Shown here piece by piece: positions 26,963 through 35,463 of a DNA stretch of 42,106 nt (position 1 is its first letter; every line of letters begins with the position of its first letter). The notes beneath the pieces are model-generated. The model was not told the DNA's origin and did no database searches. It was given only the letters and a program-made list of their open reading frames with translations. The translations under genes and the position numbers were made by a program. The DNA is from a virus. Its lineage: Duplodnaviria > Caudoviricetes. The stretch lies in the IMG/VR virus record IMGVR_UViG_3300040734_000049, positions 1-42,106 of that record; one strand, given 5' to 3'.

Positions 26963-28494
26963 TACATACTCGGCTCGGTCACGTCAACAAAACTTTCTTC
27001 TTTCTTCTCCAGTTCCATCTGCTGGAAGTCAGCCTCTGCATCGTCTGCAAGGCCCGAAAGAGAAGCGGCGAGCTTCCGAGAGATAAGAGGTTTCTGGCCA
27101 TTGGCTGTTGTAAGCATCTCAACCAGGGACTGCTGGTCATCGATCATGTAAGGGTTGATCTCCGGTGTGATCTCCAGGCTCTCACACTCGGCTGCCAGGG
27201 CGGTATTGAACTTGGCTACATAGGCTTTGATGACGCTGATCCTCCGGCGCAGGTACTCATCAAAGATCTCCTGTTTATCTGCAACCTTCAGGTGCGCGTC
27301 AAGGAACATCAGCTTCAGGGCAATCCCGGAAAGATTTCCTATTCCTTTGACTGAATCGAAGGAGATATCCGGGGTCTGGGTCAGGGTATAGATCAGGTTG
27401 AGCAGGGTTTCCTTCTCCAGCCTTACGCTCTCAGGAGCATGCTCCCAGGAGAGGTATTTGGCTTCAGACCCGTCCTCTCCCTCGATGATAGCTCCTGATT
27501 CACCCTTCTTGGCAAATCCGATAAGCTTGCCCTTGACAAAGATCTTCGGGCTGGCATGGTAGTCGTTGGTATCAGCGAAGTTGGACAGAAGCTTCTCAAG
27601 GCGGTCAATCAGTGCCTGAACATCTGCCCATTCAACATCATCCTGGCGGGCGTAGACTATTGGGATCTTGCCTATCTCATTCTTAACCGGGAATCCCTCT
27701 ACAAGGTCCCAACCGCTTTCTCCCTGTACCCAGCGGTAGTGAGCTTCTGCAGTATAAGTTTCGAAATGCTTTTCATTCTTACCCTCTTCAAGTGCAACAG
27801 TATACTCCCGGGAGAATGCTACCATGTCCCCAGTCTCATCGAAGTACGGGTAAAGGGTATCGTCAAACAGGGGTGAGAATATGGCAGAACGGAGACGGAA
27901 CTTGCTCTTGAACCCATAAGCCTCGTGGTACTTATTGCCGGTGACGTTATTGATCAGATCCCGAACCCGGTTGACAATACTCTTCCCGGTAACGGTCCTC
28001 TCCACAGGCACTGGGAACCAGAGCTCAGCTGCTTCGGTACAGGAGAAGACATGCCGCGCGATGCGCTTATTGAGGGAGTTGTTCTTATTTGCTTTGAGGA
28101 TCTTCTTTACCGCCTCTACCACCTGCTTCTCCTTATCTGTTTTTGCTTCTGAGTTAATGATCACCTCATTGCCAAATAGAAAGGATGACGCGCGCTTGAC
28201 GATAAGCTTTTGAAGGCTGATCGGGATCCTGCCCACGGGCTCCAGTTTGGTATTGGTTTCGCCAGACTCGCCGGTCACATTTACTGTGTTTACATTGGTG
28301 GCAACATCTTCTCCCTGATCGACTTTCACACGCTTGTCAGGCCTGAGGACAGGATCCATCACATCATGACTATCGGGTGCCAGCTGCTTCTTGTAGGTGG
28401 TCACTGTCGGCTGTTCACTGCCACGGGATGACTTCAGCTCCTTTATGACCTCTTCAGGGGTATCGAGTTTGAATACTTCAGTTATGTCTTTCAT
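26962..28494 (-). CDS. Portal protein (SPP1-like)
   Basis: 510 aa after the terminase; IGKIPIVY, SNFADTNDY, QTPDISF, SGIALKLMF. Confidence 0.92.
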   Translation of the reverse strand: MKDITEVFKLDTPEEVIKELKSSRGSEQPTVTTYKKQLAPDSHDVMDPVLRPDKRVKVDQGEDVATNVNTVNVTGESGETNTKLEPVGRIPISLQKLIVKRASSFLFGNEVIINSEAKTDKEKQVVEAVKKILKANKNNSLNKRIARHVFSCTEAAELWFPVPVERTVTGKSIVNRVRDLINNVTGNKYHEAYGFKSKFRLRSAIFSPLFDDTLYPYFDETGDMVAFSREYTVALEEGKNEKHFETYTAEAHYRWVQGESGWDLVEGFPVKNEIGKIPIVYARQDDVEWADVQALIDRLEKLLSNFADTNDYHASPKIFVKGKLIGFAKKGESGAIIEGEDGSEAKYLSWEHAPESVRLEKETLLNLIYTLTQTPDISFDSVKGIGNLSGIALKLMFLDAHLKVADKQEIFDEYLRRRISVIKAYVAKFNTALAAECESLEITPEINPYMIDDQQSLVEMLTTANGQKPLISRKLAASLSGLADDAEADFQQMELEKKEESFVDVTEPSM

Positions 28495-28502
28495 TGTATG
28501 TT

Positions 28503-28521
28503 ATGTATTACGGTGATTCAC
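28503..28521. promoter_or_regulatory. 19-bp operator-like near-palindrome, copy 3
   Basis: ATGTATTACGGTGATTCAC in the 36-nt gap between terminase and portal. Confidence 0.65.
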
Positions 28522-28530
28522 TTCTGAATA

Positions 28531-29994
28531 TTAAAAATAGCCTGACAGATTCTGAGCCTGGTCTTTGTCTTTCCACTCTACGGTACCGGTTAAGGCATCC
28601 GGGGCGTCATCAAACTCATTCTTGCCTACCTTCATATAGCTGGTTATGGCGCGGTAGAAGTCCGGCCATATACGGTCCCATCCCTTCGGAAAGTATGTCA
28701 GGTTCTGGACCTCACCAGAGTGGGAGAAGATCCTGACAGCCTTATTAAGACTCTGATGAAACCACTTGATACGAGTACGGTTGTTCTTCAGGATCCGCAG
28801 CTGCTTCTCTACTGCCCTGGCAAACCCCCGGCCGCCATTGTTGCTCTCGATGATCGCCAACTGCACCTCATGCTTGGTCAGCATCTCGGCTGTCTTGGGC
28901 TCTGTGTACTCCATGGGCTTTGTTGTGTAGAGCACATCAGTTACATAGTTGCCAATCTCCGTCTCAAGGTAACAGATAGAACAGAGATAGTCTTTCCCTT
29001 CGTCAGCCGTATCAGTGTAGTTCTTGCTGATTTTCCTCTTCGTGGCCGGCAGGATCTCATACTCACGGAATCCCTGTTCATACATCAGGCCTTCCAGAGG
29101 TTTGGGGTCCTGCTGATAGAGTGACTCAAATACCTGGGGATTTCGCTGGCGTACCAGTTTTAACTTATGCAGACTATGCCGCTCCGGCCACAGTGCCTCT
29201 CCCTCCTGCCGGCTGTCGTATTCTGTAGGAGCTCCCTTTTTGATTGCCTGGTAAATGACAACGACCCAACCATCAGGATTATCCTGGGAATAGATTCCCT
29301 GTTCCCTTAGTAGCCGGCCGGCAAGGTCATCCGGATGCCACCTGGTAAAGACTATGAGCTGCTGACTGTCGTTATGAAGGCGGGTTTCAGCAACTGTATC
29401 ATACCAGTCGTTGACACTCTCCCTGACCGTTGGAGACCATGCTGTCTTTGCGTCTTTGTAGATATCATCCATGATCAGCATGTCCACCGGCTCTCCTGTA
29501 AGCGGGCCGCCGACGCCAACTGTCTTGAATCCTCCCCTATGTCCTACTATTTCGCACTCATCAGCATTACGAAGCCATCCGCCGGCTACAGTGGTGATGT
29601 TGGATCCATTCAGACAGGTATCAGGAAAGATCTCATGATACTCCTCTGTGTCGATGATGCGCTGGATCTCACGGTTGAACTTGCGAGCCTTGGGGGAGCT
29701 ATAGGAGACAATACCGAGTCGCCGGTCTGGATCCAAGCCCAGGACAAAAGAAGGCAGTCGACGCGTAGAACCTTCACTTTTACCATGTTGCGGCGGAACG
29801 AAGACCATCATCTTCCTGACACGGCCATGAGCGAACTCCGTAAGCATGTGGTAATAATGCTTATGGAAGTCTATAGGATCAAAGCTCGGAAAGGTGGCCT
29901 TAGTAAATGAAAACAGATCCTGGCGCGCCTGCCTGAGCAGCCTCTCTTTGAGAGCTCGGTAGTAAACAATCTTCTCAGCGCGGGTCAGGCTCAT
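28531..29994 (-). CDS. terL: Terminase large subunit
   Basis: Walker A PPQHGKS, Walker B LIMDD, TRWHPDDLAG, LYQQDP, nuclease DTA and DDAPDAL. Confidence 0.95.
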   Translation of the reverse strand: MSLTRAEKIVYYRALKERLLRQARQDLFSFTKATFPSFDPIDFHKHYYHMLTEFAHGRVRKMMVFVPPQHGKSEGSTRRLPSFVLGLDPDRRLGIVSYSSPKARKFNREIQRIIDTEEYHEIFPDTCLNGSNITTVAGGWLRNADECEIVGHRGGFKTVGVGGPLTGEPVDMLIMDDIYKDAKTAWSPTVRESVNDWYDTVAETRLHNDSQQLIVFTRWHPDDLAGRLLREQGIYSQDNPDGWVVVIYQAIKKGAPTEYDSRQEGEALWPERHSLHKLKLVRQRNPQVFESLYQQDPKPLEGLMYEQGFREYEILPATKRKISKNYTDTADEGKDYLCSICYLETEIGNYVTDVLYTTKPMEYTEPKTAEMLTKHEVQLAIIESNNGGRGFARAVEKQLRILKNNRTRIKWFHQSLNKAVRIFSHSGEVQNLTYFPKGWDRIWPDFYRAITSYMKVGKNEFDDAPDALTGTVEWKDKDQAQNLSGYF

Positions 29995-30500
29995 TTCGTC
30001 AGCTTCTTTTCCAGTTCTGCGATACGGGCCTCTAGCTCCTCATTGGAAAGGTTGGCAAACAGATCTTTTCCGTCCTTGCCCGTGAGTTCAGCACTCTGGC
30101 GGTTCTTATATTCCTCAGGAGCCTTGTTTGTAAGAGCGAATATGATGGCTGTAGTGTCGGGCTGGAATGTCTTGTCAACAACCGTTCGCTCCTTGATCTT
30201 CGGGGTAGTCTTGCCATCCGGACCCGGCTTGCCTGAATCAATCATCACCGTCTTGGTCTCCTGGACCGTGTAGCCCTTGATCTTCTTCATCAGGGAGGCC
30301 TTTGCTTCTTTTACCAGCAGCCGGTCGTATGCCTCCCTTGCCTTTTCTATTGCCTCCGAAAACTCCGGCTTCGACTCAATCCACTCATAATACGTGCTCT
30401 CTGCAATGCCTGATAATGAGCATAATTCAGAAATTGTATAGCTATCCTTCTTAATGAGGGAACAAATATGGGCTACTCGCTTCTTGCTATACTTGGCCAT
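29991..30500 (-). CDS. terS: Terminase small subunit
   Basis: N-terminal HTH (GIAESTYYEW..KPEFSEAI), PDTTAIIFALTN..PEEY, ELTGKDG; overlaps terL. Confidence 0.85.
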   Translation of the reverse strand: MAKYSKKRVAHICSLIKKDSYTISELCSLSGIAESTYYEWIESKPEFSEAIEKAREAYDRLLVKEAKASLMKKIKGYTVQETKTVMIDSGKPGPDGKTTPKIKERTVVDKTFQPDTTAIIFALTNKAPEEYKNRQSAELTGKDGKDLFANLSNEELEARIAELEKKLTK

Positions 30501-30510
30501 AGCTATTGCC

Positions 30511-30765
30511 TTACTTTTGTTCCAAAACAGGCTCTTTCTGATCCAATACGGGCTCTTTTTGTTCCGCTTCGTGCTTTTTCTTAACCTCTTCCAGCTGCTT
30601 ATCGGTCAGCTTTGAGTAAAAAAAATCCGTTCCAGTCCCGCAGCAATGCTTAGCTTTTTTCTTGGATCCGCAGGGGCATGGATCATTCGGGAGTACTCTT
30701 CGGTGCTTCATCGGGAAACCATTGCCCCTGATAAACTGAATTGCTGGTGATGCTACTACTTTCAT
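30511..30765 (-). CDS. SEC-C metal-binding motif protein
   Basis: PNDPCPCGSKKKAKHCC. Confidence 0.8.
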   Translation of the reverse strand: MKVVASPAIQFIRGNGFPMKHRRVLPNDPCPCGSKKKAKHCCGTGTDFFYSKLTDKQLEEVKKKHEAEQKEPVLDQKEPVLEQK

Positions 30766-30986
30766 CCTTCTGTGGTTTTATAGGTTCCTGAGTTAAATGT
30801 GCGATGATGGACCAGCTCGATGTCATAGTACCAGAGGCTGGGTTCGCAGGGCCCAAAGGATACCTGGTACTCCCACATGCCGGTCAGGAGGCTGTACCTG
30901 GCATCAATCACAACGCCTTCCGGACTCTCCGGGGTGACATGAAAGACCCGATCGCCCACGCCGAACTCGTTTGGCTTAATCATCAT
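30762..30986 (-). CDS. Hypothetical small SH3-like beta protein
   Basis: FGVGDRVFH...GVV...YQV; overlaps both neighbours. Confidence 0.6.
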   Translation of the reverse strand: MMIKPNEFGVGDRVFHVTPESPEGVVIDARYSLLTGMWEYQVSFGPCEPSLWYYDIELVHHRTFNSGTYKTTEG

Positions 30987-31548
30987 TCTTGGGCTTTTTG
31001 AGTTGTACCATGAACCCCCGGTCTTTCAACTCGAAGAATAGATCATTTAGGCGGTCCGGGTCATTGCTCTCAACAATCAGGAGATCTGACTTTGGCCCTT
31101 CCGATCCTCCGGTTTGCAGATTGGATGGAGGTGTGAATTCTCCAGTTGAAGTGCCCCAATCTTCCGGCTTTACTTCCCATTGCTCCTGAATAGCCAATAT
31201 TACGTCTTCATCCCAGATCAGGTTTGCGCGGGAGGTAGAGTTGTCGGCCAGAGCCAATTCCCTGCCGCGCTTTGTGTCGAGATCCACGTCCTCACGCTTG
31301 ACCACCACGAGCTGCTTCCCGTCAGTGGGAACAATGATCACATTTTCGAGTCCGAGGGCAGAAGCGGTCTCCACAACAGCGTTGCCGCCAATGATCCGGT
31401 TATTCTTGTCAATGACAATGGACCGGCCCAGTCCGAGTTCTGAAATCGACTTCTCCAGTAACTGCATCCCGAATTCGCTGTGTTTGTTTGCATTCAGGTT
31501 GTCTGGGATAAGCGTGCCGATCTTGGCTTCAGTGACCTTGCTCTTCAT
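30976..31548 (-). CDS. ParB/Srx-like N-terminal domain protein
   Basis: PDNLNANKH...SISELGLGRSIVIDKNNRIIGGN...LALADN; start reassigned to MKSKVTEA. Confidence 0.75.
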   Translation of the reverse strand: MKSKVTEAKIGTLIPDNLNANKHSEFGMQLLEKSISELGLGRSIVIDKNNRIIGGNAVVETASALGLENVIIVPTDGKQLVVVKREDVDLDTKRGRELALADNSTSRANLIWDEDVILAIQEQWEVKPEDWGTSTGEFTPPSNLQTGGSEGPKSDLLIVESNDPDRLNDLFFELKDRGFMVQLKKPKNDD

Positions 31549-31578
31549 TTGCCGGGTATTTAGGACGAAAATAGGCAA

Positions 31579-31597
31579 ATGTATTAGTGTAATTCAC
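31579..31597. promoter_or_regulatory. 19-bp operator-like near-palindrome, copy 4, overlapping a late-promoter -7 element
   Basis: ATGTATTAGTGTAATTCAC; minus-strand TACATTTG at 31576-31583. Confidence 0.68.
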
Positions 31598-31651
31598 TCC
31601 AGGTATTGAAAAGTTGTTAAAAAGATATTCGTAAGGCTGGTGCAAGGCATG

Positions 31652-31678
31652 AAAAAAGGGGACCATTTCTGGCCCCCT
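31652..31678 (-). terminator. Intrinsic terminator at the early/late boundary
   Basis: Minus strand AGGGGGCCA-GAAA-TGGTCCCC-TTTTTT. Confidence 0.8.
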
Positions 31679-31685
31679 CGTTTCG

Positions 31686-32984
31686 TTATGCATCGGCTGC
31701 GATCATCTTATAACTCCGTTTCCGATACCGGACATGCAGTAATTTGTATTTTTGATTAAAATGAAGTGGGCCAACAAAGATGCGCTGTAATGCAGGAGGC
31801 AGACCAGCCTCCTCTCCGTCACCATAAACAGCAACCCCCATAGCATAAAACATCTCCTTGATGTCAGATATCATATTGGCATTTAGGGTATACCACTCTC
31901 CTATTACGTGGCTGTCTTTGAAGCGTCCATGCAAATAACTTTCTACATGTCTCGCCGGCTTATGCACAGGTCGATCTAGCTCTATTACGGATACAATATC
32001 AGGGATGCCCCCAGTTGCAGAACAATGATTAGAGTACCTCTGAGGAAAGTTACTTGTACTGCCAATTTTGTACATATTACTATCCATAGGATGTCGTAAA
32101 ATATATACATACTCATGCCAGTGATTAACCTTCCCCTGATCCATATCTTTTATTCGCTTGGTCCTCTTCTTATCCGCGGAGGAAAACATTTTGAATTCCT
32201 TGTATACGGTGTTCTTATTATAGCCTCGCTCTTCTGACCACTTTAAAAACGATTTGAGCGTCTCAATGTATTTTGCAATAGTCTTGTTCAATAAACCTGT
32301 TTGCTGGCCTTCTGGCCTTGTCTTCTGCCTTCCCCGGGGCTTTCTTGCTCGCAGATGACTGACGAAGTCATCAAGAAAGGAGTGATTGATCATGTTGAAG
32401 GTCAGGACCCGGTATTTTGGATTGGATTCTGAGATCTCCTGAAGAAAGGCTTTGAGGGTCGGGAACTTCTGTATCGTTCGGTATGAATATTCTCTATCCT
32501 TTTTAAGTTTGGCGACATACTCATCTAAGACTTCAAGGAGGGATTTGCCTCTATTCAGGAAAGGGTTTTGCTTATCCCTAGCGAAATCCTTCATCATCTG
32601 TTTGATCTGATCAAGGGTATAGCCGGCAGGATCCTCCTTATATTCCTGGTATTTTGCCTGGATCTCGTCCTTTAGCACCAGGAGCCGGCGGTTGAACTCT
32701 GGAGCGCCAGTGCCATCGTGCTGCTGTTTCTTGAAATTCCAATCACGCGGGTAAATGACAAAATCAGTTGTTACCTTGATGATGAACTCATTTCTCCGCT
32801 TCTGATCTTCCCTTTTCTCCTCCTCGGTTCTCCTTGCTCCAACTCGATACAGCTTTTTGGTGGGGTTTCCTGATGGTAAATAGAGGTAAGCATAAATCCG
32901 GGTTTTTTCAGAGCTCAGAATCTTTTTACCTGATTTATCAACCCCTGAATAAGGTTTCTGAAGAAGTAGTGATACGTTTGGCAT
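31686..32984 (-). CDS. Fusion of integrase arm-binding and SAM-like core-binding domains with a GIY-YIG (T5orf172-type) nuclease
   Basis: aa 1-280 contain IYPRDWN..KQ..N..L, INHSFLDDFVSHL, NKTIAKYIETLKSFLKW..RGY; from aa 281, YVYIL..YKIGST..R..E.YLH..F..GEWY; no tyrosine recombinase catalytic domain. Confidence 0.8.
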   Translation of the reverse strand: MPNVSLLLQKPYSGVDKSGKKILSSEKTRIYAYLYLPSGNPTKKLYRVGARRTEEEKREDQKRRNEFIIKVTTDFVIYPRDWNFKKQQHDGTGAPEFNRRLLVLKDEIQAKYQEYKEDPAGYTLDQIKQMMKDFARDKQNPFLNRGKSLLEVLDEYVAKLKKDREYSYRTIQKFPTLKAFLQEISESNPKYRVLTFNMINHSFLDDFVSHLRARKPRGRQKTRPEGQQTGLLNKTIAKYIETLKSFLKWSEERGYNKNTVYKEFKMFSSADKKRTKRIKDMDQGKVNHWHEYVYILRHPMDSNMYKIGSTSNFPQRYSNHCSATGGIPDIVSVIELDRPVHKPARHVESYLHGRFKDSHVIGEWYTLNANMISDIKEMFYAMGVAVYGDGEEAGLPPALQRIFVGPLHFNQKYKLLHVRYRKRSYKMIAADA

Positions 32985-33009
32985 GGAAACTGTCTATTAC
33001 TTATGGTTA

Positions 33010-33420
33010 TCACATTCTAAATAGCTTGCCACATGTTTTACAAATTGCAAGCCCTGCCTCTGCTGAAAGCACATCTACTTCTGTCCCTTCAGGACAGTTG
33101 CATTCCTCTGTTATCTCTTGTGGATACATGACGACTGATAAAATGTGGTCACGATACTCATCAAGTAAGGCCATGACATCGTTTCTAATAGTTTCATTGA
33201 CGTCGTTAAATTCTTCATCTCCCTTTACCACCGGCGCCCACCTGTAGAGCATTTGCTGTATCCATTCTTTGTCAGACAATGCTGCCCACATCAGAGTGTG
33301 AAGCTCCACTAGGAGCTGATTCGAAAAATCAAATAATGCGCTTCCATATCCTTTGGCTGGCTGTTTGCTCCATCTCTTTACAAACTCTGCCTTCACGTGA
33401 TTGAATTCCTCTTGTCTCAT
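33010..33420 (-). CDS. Hypothetical protein with C-terminal zinc-ribbon-like motif
   Basis: 136 aa; CNC...CKTCGK. Confidence 0.6.
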   Translation of the reverse strand: MRQEEFNHVKAEFVKRWSKQPAKGYGSALFDFSNQLLVELHTLMWAALSDKEWIQQMLYRWAPVVKGDEEFNDVNETIRNDVMALLDEYRDHILSVVMYPQEITEECNCPEGTEVDVLSAEAGLAICKTCGKLFRM

Positions 33421-33429
33421 AATTTTATC

Positions 33430-33522
33430 TTAAAATATGATTATCAATATTATGGCCCATATGGCTGCACCTACCGGAAGCCAGATCATAAGGGCTTTGA
33501 ATTCTCTAAGGTTATCCTCCAT
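33430..33522 (-). CDS. 30-aa single-TM peptide (not in the ORF track)
   Basis: MEDNLREFKALMIWLPVGAAIWAIILIIIF fills the intergenic gap. Confidence 0.45.
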   Translation of the reverse strand: MEDNLREFKALMIWLPVGAAIWAIILIIIF

Positions 33523-33539
33523 GACAATGTTCTCTTGAT

Positions 33540-34316
33540 CTATTTCCTTGGGATCGTTATGGTGATATTGTCCTCCATGATATCGACCGTAATTTTGGTT
33601 CCGGTCCTCGGATTTATCTCCTCCCTGGGTATGGTAATTTTGCCCCTGGTGCGCTCGTATTCCTCTCTCATTCTGTCAGCCACCTCCTGTTTCTCAGATT
33701 TGGGCGCCGGATTCTTCCTGAACAGGGAGGTGAATCCATGCATCAGAGATGCCAGTTTCACCGGTTTCTCAACCGATAGATCCGGAATAACAATCTGTTT
33801 TGCTTCGGTGTCGTCCGGGACCTCTACAGCCTGATACTCCTCTTCGTGCTCTTCCCTGAGAGCCCTGGTTGCCTCACGGGCCTCCTTCTTGTAGGCTGCG
33901 GCTTCTTCCGGGGTTGGTTCGGTCCTCTCAATAGGTTCAATCTTCTCCACCGGGGAGGGCTCAGGGGTTGCTGCTTGTTCGGCAGCTGCTGTAGTAGTTT
34001 CAGGAGCATCTGCATGATCTTTCATGTACTGCTCTGCCTGCTTGCCGATCTGATCAGCCGGGTCTGCTGGTACCTCTTCAACATTTGGATTAAACCTGAA
34101 TTCTTCAAGTGAAAACCCTGAGTAGGCCCATCTATGGATATTGTTCCAAATCCTGGAGGAGATCTTCTTGTGGTTCTCCTTCTTCTTCAAGTTACTCATG
34201 TCTGAGGGAAGGGCGTCAAATTTTGCAGCCACATCCTTGTTAAGCAGTTTGGCTTTGCTCATTTCAGCCAGCACCTTCTCTGCGAGTCTCTCTTTTGTAA
34301 TTTCATTGATTTCCAT
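33540..34316 (-). CDS. Hypothetical protein with HTH-like N-terminus and acidic/Pro-rich linker
   Basis: NKDVAAKFDALPSDMSNLKK; preceded by operator copy 5. Confidence 0.6.
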   Translation of the reverse strand: MEINEITKERLAEKVLAEMSKAKLLNKDVAAKFDALPSDMSNLKKKENHKKISSRIWNNIHRWAYSGFSLEEFRFNPNVEEVPADPADQIGKQAEQYMKDHADAPETTTAAAEQAATPEPSPVEKIEPIERTEPTPEEAAAYKKEAREATRALREEHEEEYQAVEVPDDTEAKQIVIPDLSVEKPVKLASLMHGFTSLFRKNPAPKSEKQEVADRMREEYERTRGKITIPREEINPRTGTKITVDIMEDNITITIPRK

Positions 34317-34334
34317 GGTTCAGTTTTTATGGTT

Positions 34335-34353
34335 ATGTGTTACTGTAATTCAC
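34335..34353. promoter_or_regulatory. 19-bp operator-like near-palindrome, copy 5
   Basis: ATGTGTTACTGTAATTCAC, intergenic. Confidence 0.65.
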
Positions 34354-34950
34354 TTACACTGATAAAAATTTGTCTACCTTCTTGGCCATACACCTGAATT
34401 TAGGGGTGAATCGGCATTCATCATTGTACCTCTCGAAGTAGTGGTAAATCATCGAACGGCTGATGTGGAGGCAGAGGCTGATTTCATCCGGGCTCAGGCC
34501 GGCACGCTTACTGTGATGTGAAAAGATCATCCGGGCGAAGATGTAGTCTTCCTTTCTACTGCGTGTCCGATACTGCTCAATGGTCATCCCGGTGGCCTCG
34601 TGAATTGCCTCTTTTATCCTTTCAACAGCTGTAGCCTTTTGCTCATCAGCAACGGCCCTCTCCTGCTCAGCTACCTGGTAGAAGATCTCCTTCCCCGTAA
34701 CCCGGCACATGTACCTTTCTGTAGAAGCCTGCTCGCTCTTCTGCCAGCCGTCTATGAGATAGATACCATGACATTGCAATGAGAGGATCTCCAGGCGCTG
34801 AGGCCACGGTGGTAGTTCGCCACTTGGTAATAGGTCGAAGGGGTTGACGGGCTCATGATTCAAAGATTCAATCTCCCGTGCTGCGATCCTGTACTGCTCC
34901 TTCAGGAGGGTCGGATGCAGGTTAGTGTTTCCGCTGATGTAAATTTTCAT
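34354..34950 (-). CDS. DUF4406-like domain fused to a DnaA-C-terminal-like HTH
   Basis: KIYISG...PVNP...GIYLIDGWQKS..A..E; RSRKEDYIFARMIF...ISRSMIYHY. Confidence 0.72.
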   Translation of the reverse strand: MKIYISGNTNLHPTLLKEQYRIAAREIESLNHEPVNPFDLLPSGELPPWPQRLEILSLQCHGIYLIDGWQKSEQASTERYMCRVTGKEIFYQVAEQERAVADEQKATAVERIKEAIHEATGMTIEQYRTRSRKEDYIFARMIFSHHSKRAGLSPDEISLCLHISRSMIYHYFERYNDECRFTPKFRCMAKKVDKFLSV

Positions 34951-34963
34951 TGGGGTCCTTTTA

Positions 34964-35206
34964 TCAGAGTTTCGATTCTATTATCAGCTTAATACAGCTC
35001 ACAGAGTCATCCTCCAGAAGCATTTCTACCCTTGCCCGGGTAAGCGGCAGCGGCAGGGTCCAGACATCTTTGTCATCATAGAGCTGCGCCTGGTACCAGA
35101 TCCCTTCTCTGCCGGCAAGGCTCATCAGGGTGGCCTGAATATCATTCTCCGGCTGGTCCTCTAGCATGCATTCGAGCACGTTGCGGTAGTAGTCCTGGGT
35201 GATCAT
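34964..35206 (-). CDS. Hypothetical protein
   Basis: 80-aa ORF coupled to its neighbour by a 4-nt overlap. Confidence 0.55.
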   Translation of the reverse strand: MITQDYYRNVLECMLEDQPENDIQATLMSLAGREGIWYQAQLYDDKDVWTLPLPLTRARVEMLLEDDSVSCIKLIIESKL

Positions 35207-35463
35207 GGCAGAATCCTTTTAGGTTTCACCAGAGGCCCAAGAGGCAGCTTTCTAATCCTGTGACGACGGACCTTTGGAGTAAAGTTTTTGATCTTGCGAA
35301 GGCTGAACAGCACCAGCTGCTCCCCGGTAGTTTCAAACAGCAGGTAATAGCTGTCAACCTTCTTCACCTCCCCGTAAAGGACGTGAGGATAGTTCTGTTT
35401 CTCCTCCCGGGCTTCAATAATGCCAAACTGGCCCTCTATCTTTCTTGCATCGTCTGCGGTCAT
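35203..35463 (-). CDS. Hypothetical protein
   Basis: 86-aa ORF with 4-nt overlaps on both sides. Confidence 0.6.
   Translation of the reverse strand: MTADDARKIEGQFGIIEAREEKQNYPHVLYGEVKKVDSYYLLFETTGEQLVLFSLRKIKNFTPKVRRHRIRKLPLGPLVKPKRILP

Noticed and set aside
31686-32984. Calling this gene the prophage integrase
   Set aside because: It has no R..H..R..H/W..Y catalytic domain and is far from att
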